Shown piece by piece: positions 55,747-64,000 of a stretch of 64,000 bases of DNA (its first letter is position 1; every line of letters starts with the position of its first letter). The position numbers and the translations under genes were made by a program. The notes beneath the pieces were generated by a model. That model searched no databases and was not told the origin of the DNA. It worked only from the letters and a program-made list of their open reading frames with translations. Origin of the DNA: Nitrospinota bacterium (lineage in GTDB: Bacteria; Nitrospinota; Nitrospinia; Nitrospinales; Nitrospinaceae); the NCBI GenBank assembly GCA_029879645.1, contig JAOUPX010000001.1, positions 4,417 to 68,416 of the forward strand. The letters are read 5' to 3'.

Positions 55747-56172
55747 TCAAAGCGTTTCGTCAGGATTAATGGGTTTCTGAATGGTGGGGATTTTAAACTT
55801 GAGGGCCTCGGGAGGTTTGTTGGAACCCTTACCCACCGCTTTCCGGTGCGCATCCTTTTCCAACACTTCGATTCCGACCCGAATCTTTCCCTTGTGCAGA
55901 CGCACGGGATAAATTTTGGTTTTCATAAAAGGATTCTGCCTGCAAAAACCTGTTTCCAGATCGTATCGCCACTCGTGATTCGGGCAGATAATTACACCTT
56001 CCTCGATTCGCCCTTCTCCCAAAGGTGAGCCCTTGTGCAGACATTTGTTGGCAATGGCAAAATATTTGCCCTTGTAGTTGAACAGGGCTATTTCGTCATC
56101 CCCCGCGGAAATGATGGCTGATTTCCCTGGCGGAAGTTCTTCCTCATCCATTACCTTGACGTATTTCAGCAT
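55747..56172 (-). CDS. Small stand-alone Rieske [2Fe-2S] domain protein
   Basis: CLH..(16 residues)..CPNH is the Rieske ligand motif. The ATG at 56172 is chosen because the longer ORF (to 56259) overlaps the tig 3' end and encodes an Arg/Lys-rich, non-native-looking leader. Confidence 0.8.
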   Translation of the reverse strand: MLKYVKVMDEEELPPGKSAIISAGDDEIALFNYKGKYFAIANKCLHKGSPLGEGRIEEGVIICPNHEWRYDLETGFCRQNPFMKTKIYPVRLHKGKIRVGIEVLEKDAHRKAVGKGSNKPPEALKFKIPTIQKPINPDETL

Positions 56173-56212
56173 AAAAACCTTTTCTATGACCCCTGAACCG
56201 CGGATCCGATAA

Positions 56213-57613
56213 TTATTTCTTACGTTGAGCCGCTTCCTGTTCCTTCTTTTCCTTGTCAAAAGCTTTTTTCATTTCCGCTTCCGACAAATACTCGAATTCA
56301 CAATGTGAAAATATCAGATTAAGTGCCTTCTGTCCCAGGATGCGATTGCTGGTCTGAGTCATATAATCCTGATTCGAAAATAGAGATTTCTTAACAGCCT
56401 CCACCGACTTCTTGGTTTCCTCGGCCAGGCGTTTGTACTCGGCTTCCATATCCGATTGAGCCACATGAATATTTTCAGCTTTAGCGATTTCCTCAAGAAT
56501 CACGTAACCCTTGGTGTTGAATTCCGCGCGTTCACGCCATTCCTTTTCCGCCTGCTCCTGGTTAAAACCTGAATCCTCCAGTTTCATGCCAGACTGTTGA
56601 ATCTGAAATTTCATACCATCAATCATAAATTTCAATTCCTGCTTGACCAGCGACTCCGGTGGATCCACGTCGTGCTCCTTCACCAGGTAATTGAATATAT
56701 CCTGTTTAATGCGTAATTCTTCTGTGTTTTCTTTAAAAGCCTGTATACCGGATTTGATCTTTCGGCGGAATGCCTCAACCGATTCTTCACCCTGTTGCTG
56801 GACAAAGTCGTCGGTCAACTCCGGCAAATTCTTTTTTTTGATTTCCTTAATGCGCACATGAAACGTTGCCAGGTCATCGGCTTCCTGCTCGGGAGCCCCC
56901 GGAATCGGCATACTCACACGCCGCACCTTTTTGTTCCAGTCGAGCGGAAGAGTAACCTTGACCTCAAATTCCTCGCCCACTTTTTTACCAATCAGCTGGT
57001 CTTCAAATCCGGCGATCATTTTTCTTTCGCCGACGCACACCGGGTAATCCTTGGCATCGCCGTTTTCCAGCGGTTCACCATTGAGATATCCTTCAAAATC
57101 CATAACCAGGTAGTCGTTCAATTGGACTTCATGGCCCTCCCGGTAAATTTCAAACGTCCCGAACGGTTCCAAATGCTTGCGAATGGAAGCTTCAACATCC
57201 TGTTCGGTCACTTCAAACAGCGTCTTATTGAATTTCAATCCTTTATATTTTTTGAATTTCACTTCCGGCTTGACGTCTAGCATCACCGAAAAAGAAAAAG
57301 GTTTATCTTTTTTGATTTCATTGATAGCGGAATGGTCGATTTCCGGCGGGCCGGCGGGGGTGATACCCGTTTCCATAAGCGCCTTGTCGTAATACTCCTG
57401 CATCAGATCCTGCCATAACTGAGACATTGATTCCAGCGGCACCTGTTTTTCGAGAATGTGCTGGGGAATCTTTCCCGGACGAAACCCCGGCATCTTGACC
57501 TGCTTGTTAATTTCTTTATAGGCACGACTGACCCTTTGCGCCACTACGTTACCGGGGATTTCAATATCCAGCTTGCGCCGGACGCCTTCCAACTCTTCTA
57601 CTTTGAATTCCAT
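56213..57613 (-). CDS. tig: Trigger factor
   Basis: The N-terminal ribosome-binding block GFRPGKIP, a central FKBP-like PPIase region (DFEGYLNGEPLENG) and a C-terminal helical arm. Confidence 0.9.
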   Translation of the reverse strand: MEFKVEELEGVRRKLDIEIPGNVVAQRVSRAYKEINKQVKMPGFRPGKIPQHILEKQVPLESMSQLWQDLMQEYYDKALMETGITPAGPPEIDHSAINEIKKDKPFSFSVMLDVKPEVKFKKYKGLKFNKTLFEVTEQDVEASIRKHLEPFGTFEIYREGHEVQLNDYLVMDFEGYLNGEPLENGDAKDYPVCVGERKMIAGFEDQLIGKKVGEEFEVKVTLPLDWNKKVRRVSMPIPGAPEQEADDLATFHVRIKEIKKKNLPELTDDFVQQQGEESVEAFRRKIKSGIQAFKENTEELRIKQDIFNYLVKEHDVDPPESLVKQELKFMIDGMKFQIQQSGMKLEDSGFNQEQAEKEWRERAEFNTKGYVILEEIAKAENIHVAQSDMEAEYKRLAEETKKSVEAVKKSLFSNQDYMTQTSNRILGQKALNLIFSHCEFEYLSEAEMKKAFDKEKKEQEAAQRKK

Positions 57614-57637
57614 AATTCGTCTCTTCTCTAAATCAAA

Positions 57638-58798
57638 TTAATCAGGGATCACCGGCGTGCCGTATTTTTCTTCGATCAACTGATCGAGCTCTTCCTTGAG
57701 CTTTCCCAGAATCTCATCGTAACCGAACGCCCCGACCTCTTCCGGCCCTTTTTTCAGATTGACGTGGGCCGGCCCGCACCAGAGGCCGAGATCGGCATCA
57801 TCGGTTTCACCGGGGCCGTTCACCCGGCACCCCATAACGGCGATAGTGATCTTGTATTTCTCGGCGTATGCGGTCATTTTACGCACATCTTGCGCCAAAT
57901 CCACAAATTTTCCATTCTCGACCCGGGAACAGCTGGGACAGGCAATAATGTTCAGGCCCTCCATAAAGTTCTCGGGTACCGACCTAAACCGCCCTTCCTC
58001 AATATCTTGCAGTATGGCGCGCCCTACGGCTATTTCTTCGCCTTTGTCGTCGTCGGGGACAGTCAGGGACACCCGGATGGTATCGCCAATTCCAGCCGGA
58101 ATCAATTGCTCAAATGCGATGCGGGTTTTAATGACCCCTTCCGGCGGCATGCCCGCTTCTGTGACCCCCAGATGCAGGGGAACATCGGGCCGCTCTGCCG
58201 CGAAGCGTTTGTTGGCCTCGATCACTTCCCGGCAATCCGAATCCTTCAGGGAAACACAATAATTCTCAAATCCCAGGTCGTCCAGCAGACGGCAATGGTC
58301 CACCGCGCACCGCACCATGGCCTCCAGAGGATCGTTTGGGTACTGGGCCTTGTAATCAGGGTCCACGGAGCCGCAATTGACCCCGATCCGGATCGCACAA
58401 TCGTTTTCCCGGGCGGCTTTGACGATAAATTCTACCTTTTCCGGAATGGTCAACTCCTTATCAAGGTGGTACAGGTGGCCGGGATTATAGCGGATTTTAT
58501 TGACATAGGGAGCTACCAGAGGCGCCAGGCGGTAATTCTCCTGTAAATCCACCGAAAATACCGCCTTGGAGGCCTTACGGAGGATTTTCAGGGCCTCTAC
58601 ATCCTGCTTGCTGTCGACGGCAATCCGAATGACATCCGCCCCGGCCTTTTCCAGTATCTGGATTTGACGGGCGGTGGCGTCGATATCCACGGTGCGGGTG
58701 GCCGTCATACTTTGTACGGCAATGGGGGAATCTCCTCCAATGGTCAGGGAGCCGATACGAATTTTCCGGGTTTTACGGGGTTTTATTTGGGCGTTCAC
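57638..58798 (-). CDS. ispG: 4-hydroxy-3-methylbut-2-en-1-yl diphosphate synthase
   Basis: [57 protein letters not shown] at 58798 gives a normal N-terminus. The ORF track extends to 58894. Confidence 0.92.
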   Translation of the reverse strand: MNAQIKPRKTRKIRIGSLTIGGDSPIAVQSMTATRTVDIDATARQIQILEKAGADVIRIAVDSKQDVEALKILRKASKAVFSVDLQENYRLAPLVAPYVNKIRYNPGHLYHLDKELTIPEKVEFIVKAARENDCAIRIGVNCGSVDPDYKAQYPNDPLEAMVRCAVDHCRLLDDLGFENYCVSLKDSDCREVIEANKRFAAERPDVPLHLGVTEAGMPPEGVIKTRIAFEQLIPAGIGDTIRVSLTVPDDDKGEEIAVGRAILQDIEEGRFRSVPENFMEGLNIIACPSCSRVENGKFVDLAQDVRKMTAYAEKYKITIAVMGCRVNGPGETDDADLGLWCGPAHVNLKKGPEEVGAFGYDEILGKLKEELDQLIEEKYGTPVIPD

Positions 58799-59065
58799 TG
58801 CCGGGTTCTTTCCTTGAAGGGTTGGTATGATGGAGATAAACAATATCAAAAGGTTATCAGAAACCTTCGGCGTTCTCAATGGATTCCTCCACAACGCCAG
58901 ATCATCGCATTTAATTTTACACCAACCTGCTTCCTTGGAATCGGCAAGTTTTTGATTTATAGTTTTATAACTGGCAGTATCACCTTAATACTCTGACAAT
59001 ATATGCATTGCATTCAATCCCATTCCGTCAGAAACGGGAACCTCAAATCAATCATAGGGAAATTC

Positions 59066-60949
59066 ATGAAAAATCACCTGCTGGTCGTTTGCCTCGCCGC
59101 GACACTCATTTTTTCAACACCTTTTTCAGGCCTGGCCGCCAAGGCCTCTCATGGCTTGTCCTTATATGGTCCGCAGGACCTCAAATACAAACCCGGCGAA
59201 CCCTATCGCTATGGCAATCCCAACGCTCCCAAAGGAGGGTACCTGACATTGAGCGATTTTGGAGCGTTCACCAAATTAAATCCCATGTCCCTGAAAGGAG
59301 TCCCGGCTCCTTTTATCGAACTACTGGTATTTCAAACCCCGATGGACGGCTCAGCGGACGATAGTGAGCACTTTTCCCAATACGGCAGTTTGGTGGAACA
59401 AGTGGAACTGGCTGATGATCACCTGAGCATGGTTTACCATATCCGCAAAAATGCCAAATTTTCCGACGGCAAGCCGGTAACCGCAGACGATTTTGTGTTT
59501 TCGTTCGACCTGATTAAGAACGACCCTGAATTCCATCCTTTTTACAAACACTATTTCGCGGACATTAAAACAGCTGAAAAACTGGACAGCCATCGGGTGA
59601 AATACACATTCGCCTTTTATAACCAGGAACTCCCCCTGATTGTCGGTCAAATGTCCATTCTTCCCAAACACATCTACGGCCAGAAAGGGAAGAAGTTCGG
59701 CTCGGATTTTGACGACATTGCCGTGGGCAGTGGCCCTTATACGGTAAAGAAGTATGAATTCGGTAAATACATCACTTATCAGCGGAATCCCAACTGGTGG
59801 GGCAAGGATCTGGCCATCAACAAAGGCCGCTACAATTTCGACGAAATCACGGCCAAAGTTTATTTGGATCCTGTAGCCATGCGTGAGGCATTTAAGGGTG
59901 GGGAATACGACTTCAATCTGGTCAATAGTTCGCGAGACTGGGCACTGGACTACAAGGGGGACTTCGTCAAGAAAGGTTATTATTCAAGGAAAGAGTTTCC
60001 TCACACTCGTGTATCCGGCATGCAGGGCTTTGCCATGAATATGCGAAATCCTATTTTTAAATCGCGCAAGATGCGTGCCGCCATTGCCATGGTGATGGAC
60101 TTCGACTGGAGCAACCAGAATTTGTTCTACAACCAGTACACAAGGAATGATTGTTATTTTGACAATAATCCCGAATTAAAACCTAAAGGCCTGCCCGAGG
60201 GCGAAGTCAAGGAATTGCTCCTGCACCTCAGAAAAGAGCATGGAAAAGAATTTGTGCCCAAAACCGTGTTCACCAAACCGGTGGGCGCCCCCGGGCAGGG
60301 CATCCCCATCGAAAAAAATATTGCCCTGGCCAACAAACTTCTCGATTCTGAGGGATGGAAACGAGGGGCGGATGGCTTTCGCCAAAAGAAGGGGCAACGT
60401 CTGGAATTTGAAATTTTACTGGTTAGCCCCTTATTCCAGAGGATCGTCGAGCCGTTTAAAAATAATTTAAAACAAATCGGGGTTGACCTGACCGACAAAC
60501 TGGTTCAAGTGGCTCAATACGAAGAACGCCTTCGGGAATTCAAGTACGACATGGTGGTGGCCAATTTCCCCCAATCTCGCTCTCCCGGCAACGAACAGCG
60601 CAGTATGTGGACCAGTGAGGCGGTCAAAGTGCCGGGGTCGCGAAACTATATGGGCATAGAAAACCCGGCCGTCGACGAGTTGGTCGATATCATCGTCAAG
60701 GCCAAAACCCGCAAGGAACTTGTGAACGCTATTCAGGCCATGGACCGCATTCTGACCCACCAGTTTTACATAGTGCCGCATTGGTACATCGGCTTAGACC
60801 GCATTGTGTACTGGAACAAATTTTCGCATCCGAAAATCATTCCCTCCGCCTCCAGCCGTCAGGGACATTTCATGGAGTGGTGGTGGTATGATGAAGCCAA
60901 GGCTGAAAAACTGAAAAACGCCATGACTTCCGGCGAGCCGCTTAAGTAA
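59066..60949 (+). CDS. Family-5 periplasmic substrate-binding protein (YejA/OppA-like)
   Basis: The signal peptide MKNHLLVVCLAATLIFSTPFSGLAA, with size and blocks typical of cluster-C peptide SBPs. AGGGA lies upstream of the ATG at 59066. Confidence 0.85.
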   Translation: MKNHLLVVCLAATLIFSTPFSGLAAKASHGLSLYGPQDLKYKPGEPYRYGNPNAPKGGYLTLSDFGAFTKLNPMSLKGVPAPFIELLVFQTPMDGSADDSEHFSQYGSLVEQVELADDHLSMVYHIRKNAKFSDGKPVTADDFVFSFDLIKNDPEFHPFYKHYFADIKTAEKLDSHRVKYTFAFYNQELPLIVGQMSILPKHIYGQKGKKFGSDFDDIAVGSGPYTVKKYEFGKYITYQRNPNWWGKDLAINKGRYNFDEITAKVYLDPVAMREAFKGGEYDFNLVNSSRDWALDYKGDFVKKGYYSRKEFPHTRVSGMQGFAMNMRNPIFKSRKMRAAIAMVMDFDWSNQNLFYNQYTRNDCYFDNNPELKPKGLPEGEVKELLLHLRKEHGKEFVPKTVFTKPVGAPGQGIPIEKNIALANKLLDSEGWKRGADGFRQKKGQRLEFEILLVSPLFQRIVEPFKNNLKQIGVDLTDKLVQVAQYEERLREFKYDMVVANFPQSRSPGNEQRSMWTSEAVKVPGSRNYMGIENPAVDELVDIIVKAKTRKELVNAIQAMDRILTHQFYIVPHWYIGLDRIVYWNKFSHPKIIPSASSRQGHFMEWWWYDEAKAEKLKNAMTSGEPLK

Positions 60950-60967
60950 TCCCAACAAATCAACTCT

Positions 60968-62110
60968 ATGACTACTTATATCATCCGCCGCCTGTTGTTG
61001 ATGTTTCCGACCCTGATCGGAATTCTGACGATCACGTTTATCGTCATACAATTCGTACCGGGCGGACCCATCGACCAGATGAAATCCCTGCTCCGCGGTC
61101 ACTCAGGAGTTTTGGGAGAAGCCGGCGGCGGGGGTGTGGGCGGTATCCAGGGTCTCAAGGCCCAGGAGATGGATCCCAAGTACCTGGAAGAACTCAAAAA
61201 AACCTATCACCTCGACCGGCCTCTTTGGGAACGGTACCTGCGCACTTTTATCTGGTATTCGCCAAAAGACTCGAGCCGGCCGTTCACGGAGCGTTTTTTC
61301 AACCGGGACAACTGGGACGGATTTCTGGTTTTTAAATTCGGCAACTCGTTTTACCGTAACAAATCGGTACTGGAATTGATTGTCGAAAAACTGCCAGTCT
61401 CCGCGTCGCTCGGGATCATCAGTTTTTTCATGACCTATATCATATGCATCACCCTGGGCATCGCCAAGGCGGTCAGAAGCGGTGACCGGTTCGACACGGC
61501 TTCCAGCGTCATTGTGTTAATCGGTTACAGCACCCCCGGATTCGTTCTGGGTCTTCTCTTGATTGTATTTTTCGGTCCCGGTGACCGCGCCATCGCTCAC
61601 ATGATTCCTATCGCCGGGCTGACTTCGGTCGGCACCCCCGGTTATGAAGAGTGGACCGCCTGGCAGAAATTCACCGATTATCTGCATCACCTGATCGCGC
61701 CGCTGACGTGCTACATCATCGGCGGATTTGCCACGCTGACCATGCTGACCAAGAATGCGATCATCGAAGAGATGCGCAAGCAGTACGTGCTGACCGCCCG
61801 CGCCAAGGGTTTGCCCGAGAACAAGATTCTCTACAAGCATATCCTGAAAAATTCCCTGATTCCGCTGATCACCGGATTCCCCATCGCCTTTCTCACCATG
61901 TTCTTTTCCGGCTCCCTGCTGATCGAGCAGATATTCACACTGGACGGCCTGGGCCTGCTTTCCTATCAGGCGGTGATACAGAGGGATTATCCCATTGTAT
62001 TGGGCAGTCTGTTTATTTTCACGCTGTTGTATTTGATTGGCCAGTTATTGACGGATATTTCCTACGTCCTCATCGACCGCCGTATTTCTTTTGAAGAATC
62101 GCAGGGATAG
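60968..62110 (+). CDS. ABC importer permease (YejB/DppB-like)
   Basis: MTTYIIRRLLLMFPTLIGILTITFIVIQFVPGGP and the EAA-type loop YVLTARAKGLPE. Confidence 0.9.
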   Translation: MTTYIIRRLLLMFPTLIGILTITFIVIQFVPGGPIDQMKSLLRGHSGVLGEAGGGGVGGIQGLKAQEMDPKYLEELKKTYHLDRPLWERYLRTFIWYSPKDSSRPFTERFFNRDNWDGFLVFKFGNSFYRNKSVLELIVEKLPVSASLGIISFFMTYIICITLGIAKAVRSGDRFDTASSVIVLIGYSTPGFVLGLLLIVFFGPGDRAIAHMIPIAGLTSVGTPGYEEWTAWQKFTDYLHHLIAPLTCYIIGGFATLTMLTKNAIIEEMRKQYVLTARAKGLPENKILYKHILKNSLIPLITGFPIAFLTMFFSGSLLIEQIFTLDGLGLLSYQAVIQRDYPIVLGSLFIFTLLYLIGQLLTDISYVLIDRRISFEESQG

Positions 62111-62115
62111 TGACC

Positions 62116-63423
62116 ATGGAATTGAATAAAGACCTGCAGATCAAATTTCAAAAATTCAAGAGTGACAAACGGGCACGCTACAGCCTGCTCATTTTGACGG
62201 CGCTTTTTTTCCTGGCCCTGCCCGCCGAGTTTCTATGCAACGTGCGGCCCATCCTGCTGGTGGTCGACAGCAAACCATATTTCCCAATACTCTTCACCTA
62301 CAGCGAGCAGGATTTCGGCGGTCCCCTGCTTTCCGAACCCGATTACAAGTCGGACCGGTTCCTGAGAATCCTCAAGGGAGAATCGCCGGACGCTTCGACA
62401 GATATCAACCTGAGCGATTTTGATGAAGGTGATCATTCCAACCTGACGCTGGACCTGGGAGATTTCGATGAAGGAGAAGTAGAGGTTTCATCTGCGCCAC
62501 TGATTTTAACACTGGAGGACTTTGAGGAAGACGAATCTTTGGCACCCCTCCAGAAGAGGGAAAAAGATATGATTTCAGATACCCCTACCCCAATGTTGAA
62601 AGCTCGTGACTACTGGATGCTCTGGCCGCCGGTACGTTATGACTATAAATACATACCCAGCCACAGCACCACCGGCCGGGTTGCTCTGGCGGCTCCCTAT
62701 GAAACGCTGTCCTCGGACAAAAGCAGATCCATTCCTTCTTCCTGGGAAGACGGACATTATCTGGGCACCGACGACCGCGGACGCGACGTGCTGGCCCGTT
62801 TGATTTACGGCTTTCGCATTTCCATGCTCTTCGGCCTGGCCCTGGCGGTGACGGGAACCATTCTCGGTTGCCTGCTGGGCGGCATCCAGGGATTCTTTGG
62901 CGGCTGGATTGATTTAATCGGACAGCGCCTGACCGAAATCTGGGGCTCCATCCCGCGCCTTTATATACTGATTATTCTGAGCGCCATGCTCAATCCTTCC
63001 GTCTGGCTGTTGTTTTGTATTTTAAATCTGACGGCATGGATGGGAATGGCCGCCTATATTCGCGCCGAATTCTTAAAAGGACGCAACCTGGAATACGTCA
63101 AAGCCGCCAAGGCGCTGGGGGTATCCAGTTTCCGCATCATGGCGAAACATATTCTGCCAAATTCCCTGACGCCGGTCATCACCTTCTTTCCATTTGAAGT
63201 GACGGCGGGCATTCTGGCCCTGGTGAGTCTCGATTTCCTCAACCTCGGCGTGCCCAGTCCGGCGCCCAGTATTGGCGAACTGCTGTCCCAGGGCAAAACC
63301 AACCTGCAGGCGATATGGATACTGGTTCCCACTTTCATTCTATTGACCGGCACCCTGACTTTACTGACCTTCGTCGGTGACGGCATCCGCAACGCATTCG
63401 ATCCCAGAAAGGCGGCGCACTGA
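62116..63423 (+). CDS. ABC importer permease (YejE/DppC-like) with an extended acidic N-terminal loop
   Basis: The C-terminal half has [17 protein letters not shown] and [15 protein letters not shown] at 62110 overlapping the upstream stop is an alternative start. Confidence 0.88.
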   Translation: MELNKDLQIKFQKFKSDKRARYSLLILTALFFLALPAEFLCNVRPILLVVDSKPYFPILFTYSEQDFGGPLLSEPDYKSDRFLRILKGESPDASTDINLSDFDEGDHSNLTLDLGDFDEGEVEVSSAPLILTLEDFEEDESLAPLQKREKDMISDTPTPMLKARDYWMLWPPVRYDYKYIPSHSTTGRVALAAPYETLSSDKSRSIPSSWEDGHYLGTDDRGRDVLARLIYGFRISMLFGLALAVTGTILGCLLGGIQGFFGGWIDLIGQRLTEIWGSIPRLYILIILSAMLNPSVWLLFCILNLTAWMGMAAYIRAEFLKGRNLEYVKAAKALGVSSFRIMAKHILPNSLTPVITFFPFEVTAGILALVSLDFLNLGVPSPAPSIGELLSQGKTNLQAIWILVPTFILLTGTLTLLTFVGDGIRNAFDPRKAAH

Positions 63424-64000
63424 TGTTACTGGAAGTCGACAGCCTCAGAACCTATTTTCGGGTAGGCCTCACTCAGGTGGCCCAGGCGGTGGACGGTATT
63501 TCCTTCCATTTGGATGAGGGCAAAACCCTGGCACTGGTCGGTGAGTCGGGATGCGGCAAATCGCAGACCGCATTTTCCATCATCCGTCTGATTGCCGAAA
63601 ACGGGTATCATCCCTCAGGAAAAATTCTTTTCGATCAAAAAAACCTTTCCGAACTATCAGAAGAATCCATGCGCGGAATTCGCGGCAACGATATCGCCAT
63701 GATCTTTCAGGAACCGATGACCTCCCTCAATCCTCTGTACAGAATCGGCAATCAGTTGGAGGAACCCCTGCGTCAGCACCGCAAGATGCAATCCGGTCCG
63801 GCACGCAAGCGGGCTATTGAATTACTGGACCACGTCGGCATTCCCGATCCAGACAAGCGGATCGATAATTTTCCTCATCAGCTGTCCGGCGGCATGAAGC
63901 AAAGGGTGATGATCGCCATGGCTCTGGCCTGCCAGCCCAAACTACTCATTGCGGATGAACCCACGACGGCCCTCGATGTCACGATCCAGGCACAGGTCCT
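63423..64000 (+). CDS. ABC importer ATP-binding protein (YejF/DppD-like), 3' end outside the window
   Basis: My own translation from the ATG that overlaps the upstream TGA (ATGA) gives [47 protein letters not shown]. It is absent from the ORF track because no stop falls inside the window. Confidence 0.9.
   Translation, partial: MLLEVDSLRTYFRVGLTQVAQAVDGISFHLDEGKTLALVGESGCGKSQTAFSIIRLIAENGYHPSGKILFDQKNLSELSEESMRGIRGNDIAMIFQEPMTSLNPLYRIGNQLEEPLRQHRKMQSGPARKRAIELLDHVGIPDPDKRIDNFPHQLSGGMKQRVMIAMALACQPKLLIADEPTTALDVTIQAQV

Noticed and set aside
56173-56259. An N-terminal extension of the Rieske ORF (MTRKRRNRKRLNVRNNYRIRGSG...).
   Set aside because: It overlaps the 3' end of tig in another frame and is an Arg/Lys-rich artefact of that overlap. 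The ATG at 56172 gives a standard Rieske N-terminus.
1-64000. CRISPR arrays, IS elements or transposases, integrases, rRNA or tRNA genes and prophage genes.
   Set aside because: Reading all intergenic regions and the six-frame track by eye showed no spaced repeat arrays, no terminal inverted repeats with transposase-like ORFs and no RNA gene signatures. A computational scan (tRNAscan-SE, Infernal, ISfinder) would be needed to be certain.

Overview
This 64-kb window is a compact stretch of a Gram-negative-type bacterial chromosome (lptCAB, an MsbA-like exporter, sigma-54). It holds about 55 tightly packed protein genes. I found no rRNA, tRNA, CRISPR array, transposase or prophage. Most of it is recognisable housekeeping: ahcY (partial), a class II aldolase, an ABC1 kinase, an M16 peptidase, moaCDE, addBA, trxB, the aminotransferase-hom-thrC set, uppP, glgP, nnr-tsaE, lptC-lptA-lptB-rpoN-hpf-ptsN-ptsI, metK, nfi, ispG-tig and a YejABEF-like peptide ABC importer (last gene truncated by the window end). 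The parts housekeeping does not explain are: (1) an orphan radical SAM/SPASM enzyme (53367-54434) wedged between unrecognisable genes, behind a 445-bp leader that contains repeats; (2) two paralogous proteins of an unrecognised family, one beside that enzyme and one immediately after glgP; (3) a translationally coupled operon of an ABC exporter, an OleA-like thiolase, an OleB-like hydrolase and a Trx-fold protein, with no oleC/oleD; (4) a 677-aa protein with two USP domains, three PCP_red repeats and a zinc ribbon; (5) an LplT-PlsC-Aas triple fusion next to a ceramidase-like protein and a lipase-like hydrolase; (6) a phased TTCCTAT repeat array in a 480-bp AT-rich intergenic region. All family assignments come from motif recognition by eye. 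No database search was run. I could not establish that any of these is a new system; the rSAM locus and the Ole-like operon are the best candidates.
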